Source: Phoronis australis (taxonomy: Eukaryota; Animalia; Phoronida). From it: a stretch of 64,000 bases of DNA. The position numbers were made by a program, and so were the translations under genes. Below are positions 26,929 through 40,739 of this stretch, piece by piece (position 1 is the stretch's first letter; each line of letters opens with the position of its first letter). The stretch is taken from the NCBI GenBank assembly GCA_002633005.1, contig NMRA01000026.1, forward strand, positions 193,407-257,406, in the 5' to 3' direction. The notes beneath the pieces are model-generated. The model was not told the DNA's origin, did no database searches, and saw only the letters and a program-made list of their open reading frames with translations.

Positions 26929-28040
26929 GAAATCTTTCCTGACTTATGTTCATTAGTCACGTGATGTGGCCAATAGGTGGCATTCAGACCAGACTTAATT
27001 TGTTTGTGAGTTTTGTTTTAATACTTAAAAAATAAGATTTTTGACAGATTTTGATGGTTTTGCCTACTTACAAAAGTTGAGTCCACAATTTGAAAAGTAA
27101 TCTACAAATCTGTTCTGGCGCTGTAGTTTTTGAAAATCCTCATTGGTGGTTCTAAACGCATGGGGTGTGAGCTTGTGTTTTGTTTGTCCGTGAAATCCCA
27201 GCCATGTACGGGTTAGGATGAAAACTGACTCTGGCCCTTAAATGTCCGTACAGAGGTACCCTTGTGTCACCTTGTCATGTAGATTCTGCAGCTCTGTTGC
27301 GATGCATGGTGCAACACCTGCAATCCTCCATATTGTTTTTTGCAGGAAGTAGTTCAGTTATTTATTTCTCAATACAGTTTCAGTTGTTTCTTAGTTTGTA
27401 AGATTGGGTGTTTAATTGTTGACAACTGGCACTGAGTGATAACTGCTTGTTGTGTGCATTTTGAGTGACTTGACCAAAGTGAACTAGTGTGCTAGTGACT
27501 CACAATTACTGTTTGGGTAGTGCCATAAAGACTCTGATACTTGCTTACTTACCACCATCTTTGAGCATTGTATAAGATAATCTTGAGTATAAAAATTGCT
27601 TTGTGCCATTGGGAGTATTTTTGCCGTGTTTTAGTCATGAAATTCTTTTTAGGCTATATTAAAGCTTAAAGGTGTAAAAACCGACTTAGATAGTAGATGG
27701 ATTCACATCTTGGACAATAATTTGACGTTTCTTGTTTTGCTTATACGAAATTCTTCCCTAGATTATAAAAGCCAGTCATTGTGGCAGTGATGCTTTTGAA
27801 CTTACTTGACGTATTAAACTGTTTTCCAAAACGAGCTACTTAACAAAAAAGATTTATGAAGGGGCCACTTCAATTTTTATTTTTCTCTATAAAAAGAAAT
27901 TGGAAATGCCTGATTGACAAGTAAAATGGTATTTTCCGAATTTCACTCCTCTTTTCTGCTATTACTGTAACTGTTCATAACTAGAGTGTAGTGTGTGAGC
28001 TTGTGTACTAAAATTCGATTGCTGTGCTGTGTTTCTTTAG

Positions 28041-28706
28041 GTTAGACACAGACTAACACCCTACACACAGATGGGTGTGTCAAGCCATGGTGTTGCCGAC
28101 GCGAACATCAGTGAACTTCCTGCTAATTCGCTGATGTCGGCTATTCAGGAGAAACTTGAGAAGTCATTGCGAGAGGCTTCGTCGCGTAAGAGTCATTTCT
28201 TCCTGGAATCCGCTGTAGGCTCTCTGACTCAGTCTCCCACGGAAAATGTTTTGAATGACGTGAAAGGTGACGTTGAAACGACTGTCAAAACAGATCAGAG
28301 TGCTACTTCGAAGGAAAGCAACGTGACAGCGAACAGAGCCATGTGCCATCGGCTGAACTATCTCCTTCTTGACGGTAACCAGGGCAACGACCGCTTTGGT
28401 GACTGTAAAGAAGAGAGAAAAATGAAAGAATGTCTGAAGGAATTTAAAGACAAGATATTTGAGAAAACTATCCATAGCAATTCCTCAGTTGGCCCTAGTC
28501 CATCTGGTAGCACTCCTGTAGAAAACAGCGTTTTAGGTGCAAGGAAGTCAAAACCAAGACAGTTGCATGGGATTCGTAATAATTACAGTGGCCAAAAGAG
28601 GGCGCAGTCATCATCTAGACCATCGCATGTGGTGAACATCACTGACCTGCAGGCAATGCTTCTCAACCCCCAATATCCAAGAAGTACCTGGGTCTACCAG
28701 TTCTGA
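28041..28706 (+). CDS. Terminal coding exon of an uncharacterised Ser/Lys/Glu-rich protein (211 aa from ATG 28071)
   Basis: Acceptor GTGTTTCTTTAG ends at 28040. The frame is open from 28041 (VRHRLTPYTQM...) to TGA 28706 and looks more GC-rich than its flanks. No domain recognised. Confidence 0.6.
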   Translation, partial: VRHRLTPYTQMGVSSHGVADANISELPANSLMSAIQEKLEKSLREASSRKSHFFLESAVGSLTQSPTENVLNDVKGDVETTVKTDQSATSKESNVTANRAMCHRLNYLLLDGNQGNDRFGDCKEERKMKECLKEFKDKIFEKTIHSNSSVGPSPSGSTPVENSVLGARKSKPRQLHGIRNNYSGQKRAQSSSRPSHVVNITDLQAMLLNPQYPRSTWVYQF

Positions 28707-29670
28707 TACTGACCTCATGGTAGAGCTTTTAATTTTCTACTTTTTGAAAGCCACAAAACACTGAGGTCGTGTTTCAGACGTGTTTCTATCTAATTACGTC
28801 CATGTGTCTATATTTGAAGATTTTTGCTCAACGAGTGATTCGTACATGCAAATACACAAGCATTATTTTTCAAGTAGAGGATTGGCCTATTCAAAATTAT
28901 CTTGTTATCCCGTATCGAGTTCCAACAGTGAACACGATGTCCTGCTTGGGTACATTCAATGATGGGACTGTTTGGTTGATATGAATATGTGCCTAAGTCA
29001 CTTAAAGCTTGCAATGCCAATCTGATGACTTTCCAGTGGCGTAATGATTTTTATGAATCTTTCAAGACAATATTTGGCCAATGATCAACTAAATTATTCT
29101 TTTTTTTGCTTGTTGCCACTTATGTGATAAGAAATTGCCTGGTCGTGTATCTGGGGTATCAGGATAGTACTCAGGAGGATCGACTTGCCATTGGCATATG
29201 TGCATGTGGTGCCAGATTGAAGGTGACTTATGTGGAGGGGGGCAACACATTCGGGTTCCTAGTAATTTGATTTGCACCGGGTTGTTGCCAATGTTGACCA
29301 TTTCATTCAAAAGATTGTGTTTTTACATGAACACCGTTCTCAGCAAGTGTTTTGTGGCTTTCATTATTTAACACTGCGTTTGATAACTCTACACTGCTCA
29401 CTTGTGTCATAGTAAAATTCTCCAGTTTAGGACATCACTGTAAACATTCAATTATTTGGCTCACGGTTGCAGCTTGTCTCAAATTCTAAAAATAGGCAAT
29501 GACCGTCTTAAATTCTAGAATGACTGAAAAGATAACAAAATTACGAACTCTGTAGGTTGAAAACGCATTGTCAGAATTTTGAGAGGTATGACGAATGACA
29601 AAATCGCCCTTATCCCATTTCAGCGCCAGAATAAAGAAAACTAAATTTTTGCCAAAGTTACCATGTCCTC

Positions 29671-29849
29671 AATTGACCTATCGCAAGCTCCACCCCATTG
29701 CGGAATGTCGACTAACAAACAATAAGTTTTACCCGGCAAGCTGTTGTTCGTCGGGTAAAATGGCAGCTTGGAAACGAAGGTGTGTTAATAATGCTGTGTT
29801 CAAAATGGTCATTTAAGCCGTCAGTCAAAATCCTGGCGATAGGTCAATT
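29671..29849. mobile_element. 179-bp MITE with perfect 14-bp TIRs
   Basis: AATTGACCTATCGC (29671-29684) and GCGATAGGTCAATT (29836-29849). A second copy lies at 14598. Confidence 0.8.
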
Positions 29850-31387
29850 CGAGAGACTGTCTCAAATTGGAGAATTTTTGCCATAGCCATTATAGTTAAC
29901 TGTGTTTGCTTAAGCTCTTCTGGCTTTTGAAAAGTGACTAACAGTATATCTCACAAGTACTCAGCAGAAAATTATATATTGTCCTCTGTAGAAGGAACGT
30001 TACCTTTGACATTGACCTGTCTTATACACTTATCTGTGAGTTCTCCCTTAAGGATAATTGAGATCTCGTGAGTTCAATGTGTGGCTGTTCAATGTGTGTT
30101 CAAGTACATGTGGACATGAGTACCTACACATTATGACTTAGTCCATCCCTAAACTAACCACCCGACTTGGGGGCACATTGCTATGTCCCTTCCTGTGAGA
30201 GTACGCCTTATGGAGCGATACTGACTGTAAACCGATCTAAAACAAAATTTTGTGCGTTTTAAGAGTATAGGTTTCAATTAAAACTATCAAAATATTGCGT
30301 AATCAGCAAAATATGCCGCCATTGAGTTGATTCCTGGGTTAAATTTTAGTGTAACTAATTTGATTTTCTGATTTCTTCATGCATTATTAATAAGTGTCAA
30401 AAGTAATAATGACATGAAGCTCCAGTATGAAATGTCATGAACCTCAGAAATTACTCAGGTTCGATTACCCAACTCCTTGTTACCATTGACAATAGTTTAT
30501 TGCCACTCGCTGTGCCTAATCCTCCAGTTTCTACTAATCAATATCTATCACAATCCTCCCCCAGTTACACTCAATACTTGAATCTCCCCCATCCCTGTGT
30601 TCTTAATGCTGGCCATGTAACTATTGGAATTCAAGTGGTTGGCTCTGGACAAGGTAGCATGTGCGGAATTTTAGAATAATTCGAACTGCCATGGAATAAA
30701 CATTCTGTCTTAAGAATGGAAGTTAGATCTAAAGAGAAGCAAGTGCCTATCCTTTGGTTCCTCAAAAGACCTTTCCTGGGGTGAGTGGTGAAGATTGGGT
30801 GGATAACGGGGTTTAGTATACAAAGTTTTAGAATCACCCTACATTACCTTTTAGTAAGGATTTTAGGACTTGAGTGGTGTAGTTGTAAATGGGATTTAAG
30901 AGATGGTTGTGACGAGGATCTATGAACAGTTCACTGGGGTAGGCTGCCTTCTGTCCCTGTTTGTAAACCTTGGAATCAACAATTTGCTTTGTGTGGATGC
31001 TGTGACTGACCAATTAATTTATCAAATGAGGCACTCCTGAATTTAAAGGCTTCTGGCACTGACAACTTGCCATCATACCCCAGTGTAAGGTACAGTGGTT
31101 CGTATTTACTGCAAAACGTTTTGTCTTATTTCTGTTTCAATCCCAGGATTATTTTTGGCTAGGAAATGTAAAAAATGCTCATAACAACATTTTTAGTGGA
31201 TTTTTTTACTTGAAATTTCTTCAAGATTTCTATGTAGGTGTTTGCAGATCTCTGAACAAGCTTCACTTTTAATTCTTAATTTCTAGTTGATTGTGTTTGT
31301 AGTCAAGACCACTGAACTATTGTAAGAGTGAAGTAAACATCAAAAAGGTATTCTGTTGACTGTTTGACAGTAAAGCATTTGATTACT

Positions 31388-31708
31388 CTGGGCCCTCGTT
31401 CATGCAAGGGGAAGGGTGCCTGTGCCTTCTGAGAGGCGAATATTTCGAGGTGAGGGCAAAATTCTACCTCCTGGTCACCATCAATAGTAACCCTATGTTG
31501 TTGCAAAACCTGTCTCAATTAGCCATTCTGCTCTTTCAAATTGACATCTATATGAGTTACAAGTGATATGAACCTCGAGGGCAATTTTTCGATCATTTGA
31601 GGGGAATTTTCAGACATCATGCGGGGAATTTCACGGAATTTTCTAATATTTTTTCCGCGAGGAATGGGTCCGATATTCGGCAACAATATTGAGGGATGGA
31701 GAGCTTTG
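31388..31708 (+). mobile_element. Non-autonomous DNA element, copy 2 of the 11650 family
   Basis: Colinear similarity to 11650-11982. Confidence 0.6.
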
Positions 31709-33154
31709 TGACTTACTGTTTAATTACCGGTACTCAAAACCGGTAGTGAGGGACTCGCAAATATGCAAATTAGCCCTGATGCAATCTTGGAGACTTAGGA
31801 GGCTACACACTGTTATCACTGATTTGATTTGACTCTTATCCACTCAGTCTGTGTAGGCACTGGGCACTTAATAATCAAAACATAATTAGGTCTGCAATAT
31901 TAGAGGAACTGCTTTTAGTGATTGGTGAGATGCCTTGACTGAAATTTTGTAATTTTGACGCACTCCAGAATTCCACCCCTCCCAAGTAGGTGTGCTGGTT
32001 ACTCCCCTCTCTAGGTGGTCGATTACTGTGTACCTGCGTCAGGTGTTTTAAAAATATCGCGCACACCAGTGCTTCAAATGTTTAGGTTCTTAACATTCCT
32101 TAAATGAAAAAATTGTAATTTTCAGTTTCCATAGAATTCTCTTCAGCTAAATGCGTAACGTTTGATGGTCGAATCGACATTGCTTCTCATGGTGATTAGT
32201 TAGTAACGGTATCCATGGATATGTGTTTGCTGTGTGGTTACAATCTGTTAGTTGCTAATAAACAGTTGCATGCTTATGAGTGGCAGCTCATTTAAGAAAT
32301 AACTGATAAGAAACAAAACCCCTGTTGTTTGTTAGGCTGATAACCTTTGTCTGAGTCCATAAATAAAACTAAAAAACGTCTGGTGTAGTTTGTTTCATGC
32401 TGAAGGGTTTGCGCTTTTGTGTTGGAGGGAACAGATGTGAGTAAAAATGAAGGAGCTTGAAATGTGTTCAGTTGTTTGTTATGTATCAGATTAATGGAAC
32501 TTCTCAACAGATCAGTTGTAATTAAATTGTCACTGGTTAATTTCTGGCAGAGGTTTGGCTGTTTATTTTTGGTTTCAAAACTTTGTGTGAGGACTTAAGA
32601 GTGCAAAAGCTTGGTATGTGAACAACCTGTTAAGGTATTGTACACTATAGACCAATATTCAAATATTGCACTGAGAAGCTCTGCTGTACTCAAAAGTCAA
32701 AATGCACCACGTGAAAGAAGAAGGAAGTCACTCATAACCTATTCCTTACCACTAATCATTTCTTCAGACTTGAAACAAAATTTGAAATCGTAATCTATCT
32801 TGAAAAGTACCTTGCGATTCGTCAGTGAGTCTCGTGTAAAGTTTGGCTTTTGCTCAGTTCATTCTGTTTCCTAACACTTTTTGAAAATGATGTAACAATT
32901 ATAAATTAAAACTCACTTTTCACCCATATGATGTGAATTTGTCTGTTATAGTTCATTGATTGTGTGTAATTATATGTCTTTATGATATAATGGCCTGGCA
33001 CTGGTTGCATTGCACTTTTCTGGAATGGTCTCAAGTTGATAGTTTTATTTTACTGTGACTTGCAAGCTGTTGCTACGATACTAAAGTAACATGAGAGAAA
33101 CTGGTGAAAAACTGATTCTCAAACAATCTTCAACGTCAATATCACTTTTTTCAG

Positions 33155-33238
33155 ATGTGGACACACTGCTCTGGAAATGTTTTTTTGAATTTAAGGCCAA
33201 AATTCTCTCTCACAAGAAAGTGAAACAGAAGTGATAAG
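33155..33238 (+). other. Candidate 84-nt 5'UTR exon with a short upstream ORF
   Basis: Acceptor CACTTTTTTCAG and donor AAG|GTAGGT, about 590 nt upstream of the 33828 acceptor. Begins ATG and stops after 22 codons. Confidence 0.35.
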
Positions 33239-33828
33239 GTAGGTAACCTGTGTGTCATGTTGAATGCCGACCAAAGATCATCACGTGAGATTCCGCTTAA
33301 AAACAAATGCGTCATAATGCGAGACATTTGAACGTTTTCTGGTCATATTTGTCCAGGTAAAGGCCCAGAGCATTTCAATGAGAGAAAAAATCCAAAATCA
33401 AAGGCTAAGCTTTAGTCATGAGGCTTGAGGACATTCTTAAAAATGTAGCACATTACCCAGACTAGCCTGCAACTGGTGCGCAGGACATAGTCTGGATTGT
33501 AGCCGTTATACACTGAACTCTCGCATCTGAAGTGGTTCACGTGACTGGCCAATAACTCGTCCAAATTCTGCACCTGGTGTTAACCACGCCTCGACGTAAC
33601 AAAAAATTCATTTTCTTTTCTGATATTCTGATCTAAAACCCTAAAATACTTGAGCACTGAGTCGAAAACTGTGGTTACTGTTGTACAATCTCCATGCATA
33701 TTGTTACATGTACCTGTGTGAACGAGAAGAGATGAACTCCATATATAGATGATGGCAGTCAAGTTGGAGATTTGTGGAAGTCTTTTTTTGTTGTCATCGT
33801 TTAAGTTCCAATTTTTTCTTTTTTCTAG

Positions 33829-34365
33829 GTCCCTTGTATTTATCTGATTACTCTGGACATGAGTGGCGGTGAAAAGGCCGACCACTCGTGGCGAGAGAGC
33901 CTTGCCAGGCTCCGAGAAAAACCCAAACCGCGACCGTCCCACAGGCAGCGCTATCATAGCAGTGAAAATTTATTCGATATCGGCCGAGAAGTGTCATTCG
34001 AGAGCACTATTCCAAACTTGCCAAAAGTGCATGCGGCAATCCGTAAAAACTCCACGTCGTCGAAAAGACGAAGCGTCCCACCAATCACTTCCTATAGTGA
34101 CTTTGAAACCTACCTTGATCCAACAGTGCCATCTGGTGATAGGTTCGAAAAATATATGAAGGAGATGCGCTACCGAAAGCTGCAGCAGAGACTCTTTGAG
34201 GAGAGACTGCAAAACGAGGTTGTGACAAAAGGTGGCGGCTGGAAGGTTTTGCCGAAGATTTCTGATAGCCGATTGGCTGAGGAAAGTTCTAGTAGGGACT
34301 CCCACATGATTTACATGCCAAGTATCACATATGGAAAGTGGAGCCCTCATCAGGACTCTCTCTGA
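33829..34365 (+). CDS. Terminal coding exon of an uncharacterised Arg/Ser-rich protein (168 aa from ATG 33859)
   Basis: Strong acceptor ATTTTTTCTTTTTTCTAG ends at 33828. The frame is open from 33829 (VPCIYLITLDM...) to TGA. It has a helix-like segment RFEKYMKEMRYRKLQQRLFEERLQNE. AATAAA occurs near 35410. Confidence 0.6.
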   Translation, partial: VPCIYLITLDMSGGEKADHSWRESLARLREKPKPRPSHRQRYHSSENLFDIGREVSFESTIPNLPKVHAAIRKNSTSSKRRSVPPITSYSDFETYLDPTVPSGDRFEKYMKEMRYRKLQQRLFEERLQNEVVTKGGGWKVLPKISDSRLAEESSSRDSHMIYMPSITYGKWSPHQDSL

Positions 34366-35709
34366 ACCTTTCTTGTGACTTTGAAATAAGAGTGTCGAAG
34401 AATCTCAGGAAAATTACGTGTCTGATTGGATGGTCAGTCGAACCTTAAGAAATGTGACTGTATTGTTTCACATGTGGAAAGCAGTCCTCCGATTCCCTCA
34501 CACTAAATGGAATTATCCAAGAGTGTGATAAAGTGGTGTAAATTGGATCGTTCCATTGCTTAAAAAGGGTGTCATTGTTTTTACAATGGTGATGTTGGTG
34601 CTAATTTTTATACATTTAGGGTTTAGTCTGTGGTGTTGAATTCCAAACTAGCCTAAGACACATCTGCATGTTTAAAACAGAATTTGTTTGATATCAAAGT
34701 TAAATCTTTTGCTGCATGAAATCATTGTGCTGTTTGTGTCTTAAGTACTCTAGTCTGTGTTCATGGTTGAACAAATATGTCGCTTTATGAACGCTAGTTT
34801 CTTTTTTCCTCGGTCTACATTTTCTAATTAAGAGCTGGTGATTAAGATCCTTTTCACCCTTAATGGTTGACATGCCATGGAAGACTATAGAATTTTTACG
34901 GCGTTTACGGCATTCTGATGTGACATTGTTAAAATATGCCGATTGCTCATCTCTGCTTTGTGATGTAGGGTTTTTCTTCAGTACATGTTGTGCCCCCATC
35001 CCTAGAACCGCCCCTGTGAAACACACTGGGTTATTTTAGGTGGTGTCTTTTGTGTGTAGATTTCAAGAAAGTTGACAAAAATTTTCGGGTCCGAAACTAA
35101 GTTCAGCTTCATGAACAGCGTATAACCCCAGAAAAATGTCTGAATTTGGCTAACTTGGGAACATCCTACCTTAGAAGTGGATGATTTCTTTCAGTTGAAA
35201 CTGTCGCATACTATGCCTTGTGTACTGTTCTCTAAGACTTGTGAATTGTTTTTTTAAAAAATGTTCTATTTTTGCATGAGGAGGTGTCAACATAGAACTT
35301 TTAAGATAATTTTTTGAAAAATATCAAAAGTTGTATCGAACTACAACAAAATAATATGTTGGAAAATTGTAACAGTGTTTCTTGAATTTCATCTTAAATT
35401 TTTATGTCTAATAAAATTTGGTTACGTTATTGACATCATTGTTTTGCACTGAATGCGCGTCTCTGTTTTACTAAACACACATGGCTACATCGTCCAGTCA
35501 ATGCCAGATTGGTCTTAAGTTAAAGATCATAGTCTACTGGCATTCTACTCTCAGCAATATACATTTTTACAGAGTTTATCTCTGGAATTTTCAGATATAG
35601 ATATTTAGCTAAATTGAGACTTGTGGATAAGTAGCTACATGACCTTTGACCTGATATGGAAATGTAGGATTTAGTTTGTGACTGATCTAAGTTATTGTGC
35701 CACATCACA

Positions 35710-35879
35710 GTTTAGCAATAAATTATGGAAATTACCTGCGCAACTAAAGAAGTTTAGTAATAAATTATGCAAATTACCTTGGCAACTAGAAAAGGTTTAG
35801 TAATAAATTATGCAAATTACCTTGGCAACTAGATAAGTTTAGTGATAAAATATGCAAATTACCTGAGCAACTTGAAATT
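35710..35879. repeat. Minisatellite, 4 units of 42-43 bp
   Basis: Unit GTTTAGTAATAAATTATGCAAATTACCTTGGCAACTAGA(A/T)AA starting at 35710, 35752, 35795 and 35837. Confidence 0.9.
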
Positions 35880-37499
35880 GTTTGTGTTTATAAAGACCTC
35901 ATATTTTGGCCTTGGAGAGACTCAGTCAGAAATAGTTGTGTGAAGCATACCTAAGATGAAGTTTCTGTCTTAAGTTTTAAGTGATTTGTTATAAAAGGGA
36001 CACCATGATGTTTCAAATGAAAAATCAGGTTACCTTTAACACGGTGAATTATTTCAAATTGTTGTCTTCTTGAGTTTCCACCCAAGCTTGAGGAATTTAG
36101 ACAAATTTGTCAACCTTTTTTGAAATATACTGCCATACTTGTATAGCACAAGCCAAAAGTATTCGACACAATGTCCCAGAATTCCCATGCAGTCATGTGG
36201 TCTTCGCAAAAAGTCATTTTCCTTCATGGCCAATAATGAAGGGGACTGAATTAACAAGAAAGGTGGATAGGCCATTTTGTAACTAGAATTGTGTCTGCTA
36301 ATAGTTGTTACCAGATTGTGTCATCCTAATAGCTACATGTATTTCCAGTCATTTTTGCTGTTCACAGAATGTGCCCCCATGACAGCATTTTGTCAGATTA
36401 CTTTTGTCTTGTACCCTATATTATGTGTTAAAAATGAAATAATGCAATAACAAAGAAATACATTATAGAATGCCCTTCATCAGGTGGGTAGGGGTGAATA
36501 TCAAGTGCTATTATTTTAATTTTTAGTTACTCTTGCCAAAACTGAGTCATTGATCTAGAATGGCAATACAATATACAAGTGACTTGTATATTGTATATTG
36601 TATAGCCATTCTCTACTCCTTTGGCTCAAGATAATTAATTGTCAAAGTTGTTGCTTGTCCATCATTTAAAGTCTGATAACTACAAATAAGTAAAAACTTA
36701 CCCTAAGTTGTTTATCTCGTCTACAGTGCTCAAGCCATGCTGAGACGAAAGTTTTCTTAATCTTACTAAGATTGACCAAAGGGAATTTGACCTGTCGACC
36801 ATTTTGTGTGTAAAATAACTAAAGAATGACGGTACTTATTGTTTACCACCACCTCAGTGACGTAATGTTGTACTCGGGGTGGAATTTTTGTCTGTTGATT
36901 CATTATTTTAATGTGTTTTGCCATGTTATGTGATTTTGGGATTCACAGGGTTTTATAAATGAACGAAAGGCTTTCATCAGCTGGTGGTTTCTGTTAATAA
37001 CTTAGATGTAGGACCATTAGTATGTGGTTCTAGGTTGGGCCGAACATCACATAGCCCCCTCTGCTGGCTAAAAGGCGGATACTTCCAGGTTTGATTTGAA
37101 GTATTGTAATGTAGTGTTCTTGGGCCTTCGGTGTACCGTGTTGATGGGTTGGACTTCAAGTTGAGAAAAATGTATTACCATGTAATGTATAGGTGTATTT
37201 AGGCCTACACGTGCATTCAATGAAAATGAGAAATGTATCTGTTCTCTCACAGTATCCAATTTGAACTTTGCCGTGAGGTTGGCTTACTTTTGTCAAATTT
37301 GGGTGTACACTGTATAAATGAAGTTTCACATAGAACGTGCTCCGGTTTTTAAAAACTTTCCTTTTTATTTTACTCAAGAATTTCGAATGTATAGGCTCGT
37401 GCGCGTGTCTAATGCCGACAGGCGCAAGTTCACGTGCAGGCATCAGTGGGCCTAAATACTCGAAGGCATGGCAATGGAATTAATGTTCTTGGAGCGGGG

Positions 37500-38420
37500 T
37501 CTAATTTTGTATGGTACATGGAACTATTTTTGCCATTTTCGTTCTACTTGTGAAAATTCAAGATGTTCTCGAGTACATTTCAGGTTTATCCTGATTCCAT
37601 ACGAGTGTCTAGCCAAAGTTCACACTTGGTGACCCCAACGTAGCTGCTAACTCCAGTAAAAACTCGAGAGATTTCGAGTCCGAAAAACTAAAAATGTCAA
37701 GTTCAGACTAGAACTTTTAACCTTATTGCTGGGATCACCATGTGCAAAATAACATTAAATGGTATGAGGCGTTACGTACTCGACCATACAATAAACACGG
37801 TCATCTTGGATTTGCTCAGAGAAGAAAATGACAAAGGTAATTTCGAGTTTGATTTTGTGCCATGAACTGGGTAATAAAAACTAACCGTTTGTCGCATGTG
37901 ACGTCCTACAAAGATTCCGAGAATATTTACGGTAGTACCTAAAGCATATTCGGAAACTGTACGCTCGGATTAACTACATAGAAGCACGGGCCCCCGCTCT
38001 TTTTGGCCCTAGTGATTAGCAGTGTGAACTCTTGAAATTGTTTAATCCTATGCGTTACCCAGTGTACTCATGATGTAGACAGAGTCCATTGATTTCCTTC
38101 TCAAAAGTGAAAACTACACCTATTCTACTTTTGCTTGAGGTAATCGTATTAGCATTTGAGTAGGGGCCCGTGCTTCGACTTATGCTACGGGACCAATCGT
38201 CTATTTTGTAATATCTGTGATTATCTGTTCTTTTATTTTGCCCAAATTTCAACTTTTTGCCTGAATGCCAGCCTTGCTCTATGTCAAAACTAAGCGATTG
38301 AAATAACGGACCTCTTCCAAGAGAAACGTTTCGAACTCAATCCTGAAAATAACTGACGTCTAAAACGCCATCGTCTCGAAAGCGTGGTCTTTCAGTCACG
38401 CGTAACTTATTTTTAGGACC
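37500..38420 (+). mobile_element. Two adjacent Helentron-associated (HINE/DINE-1-like) element fragments
   Basis: GAAGCACGGGCCCC (37981-37994) is followed by a short hairpin and GGCCCTAGT, as in a HINE 3' end. Its exact reverse complement GGGGCCCGTGCTTC (38163-38176) would be the 5' subterminal repeat of the next copy. Outer boundaries are approximate. Confidence 0.5.
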
Positions 38421-40733
38421 TTGTCTACCACAAACAGTAGCGTGCAGAGGTTTGGTGATGCCTCATGCCCAGTGCCATTTTTAATGGATGCCGCTCTATG
38501 TACTCAAATGCATGGACCCTAGTCCTGAGGAACAGCAAAAAAGGTGAAACATAAAATATAAACTTTTTATTCAATTTAACTACTAAACAGTCACAATTTC
38601 TATTTCCACTACAATTTATTCATTACCTACATGTAGGGATTGGGAGGCCGCCGGGCCGTTGCCCCGTTTTCCCTCCCCCCCTTTGACGCTGATGACCAAG
38701 CTTACATGTACACTGTATAGGGTTACGGTTCTCCGCAGGGGTCGTAAAGACTTTATTTCTAATTTGTGCGAGTCCCTAGTCCAGCACCACTGGTACCGCT
38801 GGATGTATGCTTTCCGGGACTTGCATGCCCGCGGAGAGTACGTGCTGCGAATTGACTGTATATTACTTAACCAATGTAGGCCACGTACCCATCAAACAAT
38901 TATATAAAATAGTTAAAAGTGCTGAAAAGTCACTCCTCGCGAAGTTGACTGACCAAGAATTATTACCTATTTACAAAAGAACAAGTTGTTGTTGCTGGTG
39001 CGTTATTGACCGAGTTCGCGTTGCATTGAATTTAAGTGGCCGCTGTGACCTTGCACAGTCACTTGGTATGAAATCTGACCCACGATGATCAGTTCTTACA
39101 CTCATAAAAAGTCAAGCCACAATCGAATATTTTACTGTAAATGTGATACGCTCTGAAAATCGTTTGTTACTGGTATGTCCTTTCAAACAACCTACAACAC
39201 ACTCTTCCAGTCACGTGTCCTCTGATTCCAAAGGATAACATCGGTATAACGTGACTATACATAATGTGTTATTTATCAGTTATACCGTAGTCTGCAGTAA
39301 TACTGTATACCATGACATCTTTAATGCAACAAGAAACCAGCATAAATTTACCCTAAGTATCAACCAAGATAGACCTATTGCAACATGAACATGGATTTCT
39401 GAAGAACTTGGAAATGTTATATTTCCGTCCGAAAGGGGCGCTGTCTTCACGTTTCAATACAACATGCAAGACCTCCAAGAAATGACACTCAACAGATCCC
39501 AGCCATTCATTGTAGACAATAGTCGATAACTGGCACATATATGTTGTTAAATCGTACGACACAATAGGAAAGTATACGAAAATATATACAATTATAGAGA
39601 TAAATATAAACCTTCATTTTACGATACCTATATGAACATTAGAAAACTAAACTACCGGGGGTGACGTTATTTTCTACAAAAACATGCGTGCAGTTGGAGT
39701 TCTATATAAAATGGCTGTATCGCACTGTCATAGCCATACCTTTTCAGGAACAGACCTAAGAGTTCGAGAAAAATGCACACCAGAAAGTGAAGAACGTACC
39801 ATGATGAAAAGTTTACCAAGTGATTTTTTTTCTAAAGAAAATGCTTCTTACAAATGCACGCTGATGTATATTTCATATCAATTCATTTTCTCCTGACGAC
39901 CACGCTTACTGTTCGCGCGTGAACTGTGAGAATTCGGAAGCTTATCCACAGGTAACCAATCGCGTACACGCTTCTTCAACTAGGTGCAACATTCTCCAAA
40001 CTACGTAATTCTACGTGACGTTGACGTGCTCGCGATTATCCTGTTTGGGGTGTCTCTCGCAAACCAAATGGCGCAAGAATGAGTCAAGAAAGTGCATATA
40101 CAGGCATTTTATAGACTCATATTATGTAATGATTTGTGTTCTGTTCTTAGGCGCCGAAATCTATATAGGCTATCGTGAGGGGGAGGGGGTGCGACCACAG
40201 TTTACCAAGGAAAAATGTTCGAGTACCGGTAACCCCTGAGAACGGTACCGTATACTTCCTTTTCTTGAGTGATCACTTGATCGCATGATACAGCGTTTGT
40301 TGCGAAATCTTTAGACTTAATCTCCAGCAAACGCAATTCGTAAAGTAGTTTTTCTCTGTTAACCAATCATAACCACAAGTCATCAACAGTGCGGACTCCT
40401 CTGGCAGTGTGAAAGAGTGCAACCGACCTCGTTTCTGCACTGAAGACACCTGGCGTACGTCAAGCTAGCAACTTCTCACAATTCAATTCCCTAGGAAGCG
40501 CGCCTATTAATTTTTGTCTGTCGGCAAAAGTGACACAAGCGAAAGATTTTCCCTAGTATCAAGCTGCAAAATCTTGAACCCTGGACTATAAACTTAGATA
40601 GAGTACCCTTTCGCTCCCAACACCTCCTGTACAAATGTTAATACGTACATTGAATTGCATGTAATTTCAGTTCGTCACATGAAACAAAATAGAATTAAGT
40701 TCTATCAAACCTTTCTTCATGATAAGGCAACAC

Positions 40734-40739
40734 TTTATT
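40734..40739 (-). terminator. Candidate polyadenylation signal of the CD225 gene
   Basis: AATAAA on the minus strand about 1.1 kb downstream of the stop codon. Confidence 0.35.

Noticed and set aside
35710-35879. CRISPR-like array
   Set aside because: Units are contiguous with no unique spacers, the context is eukaryotic and no cas genes are present.
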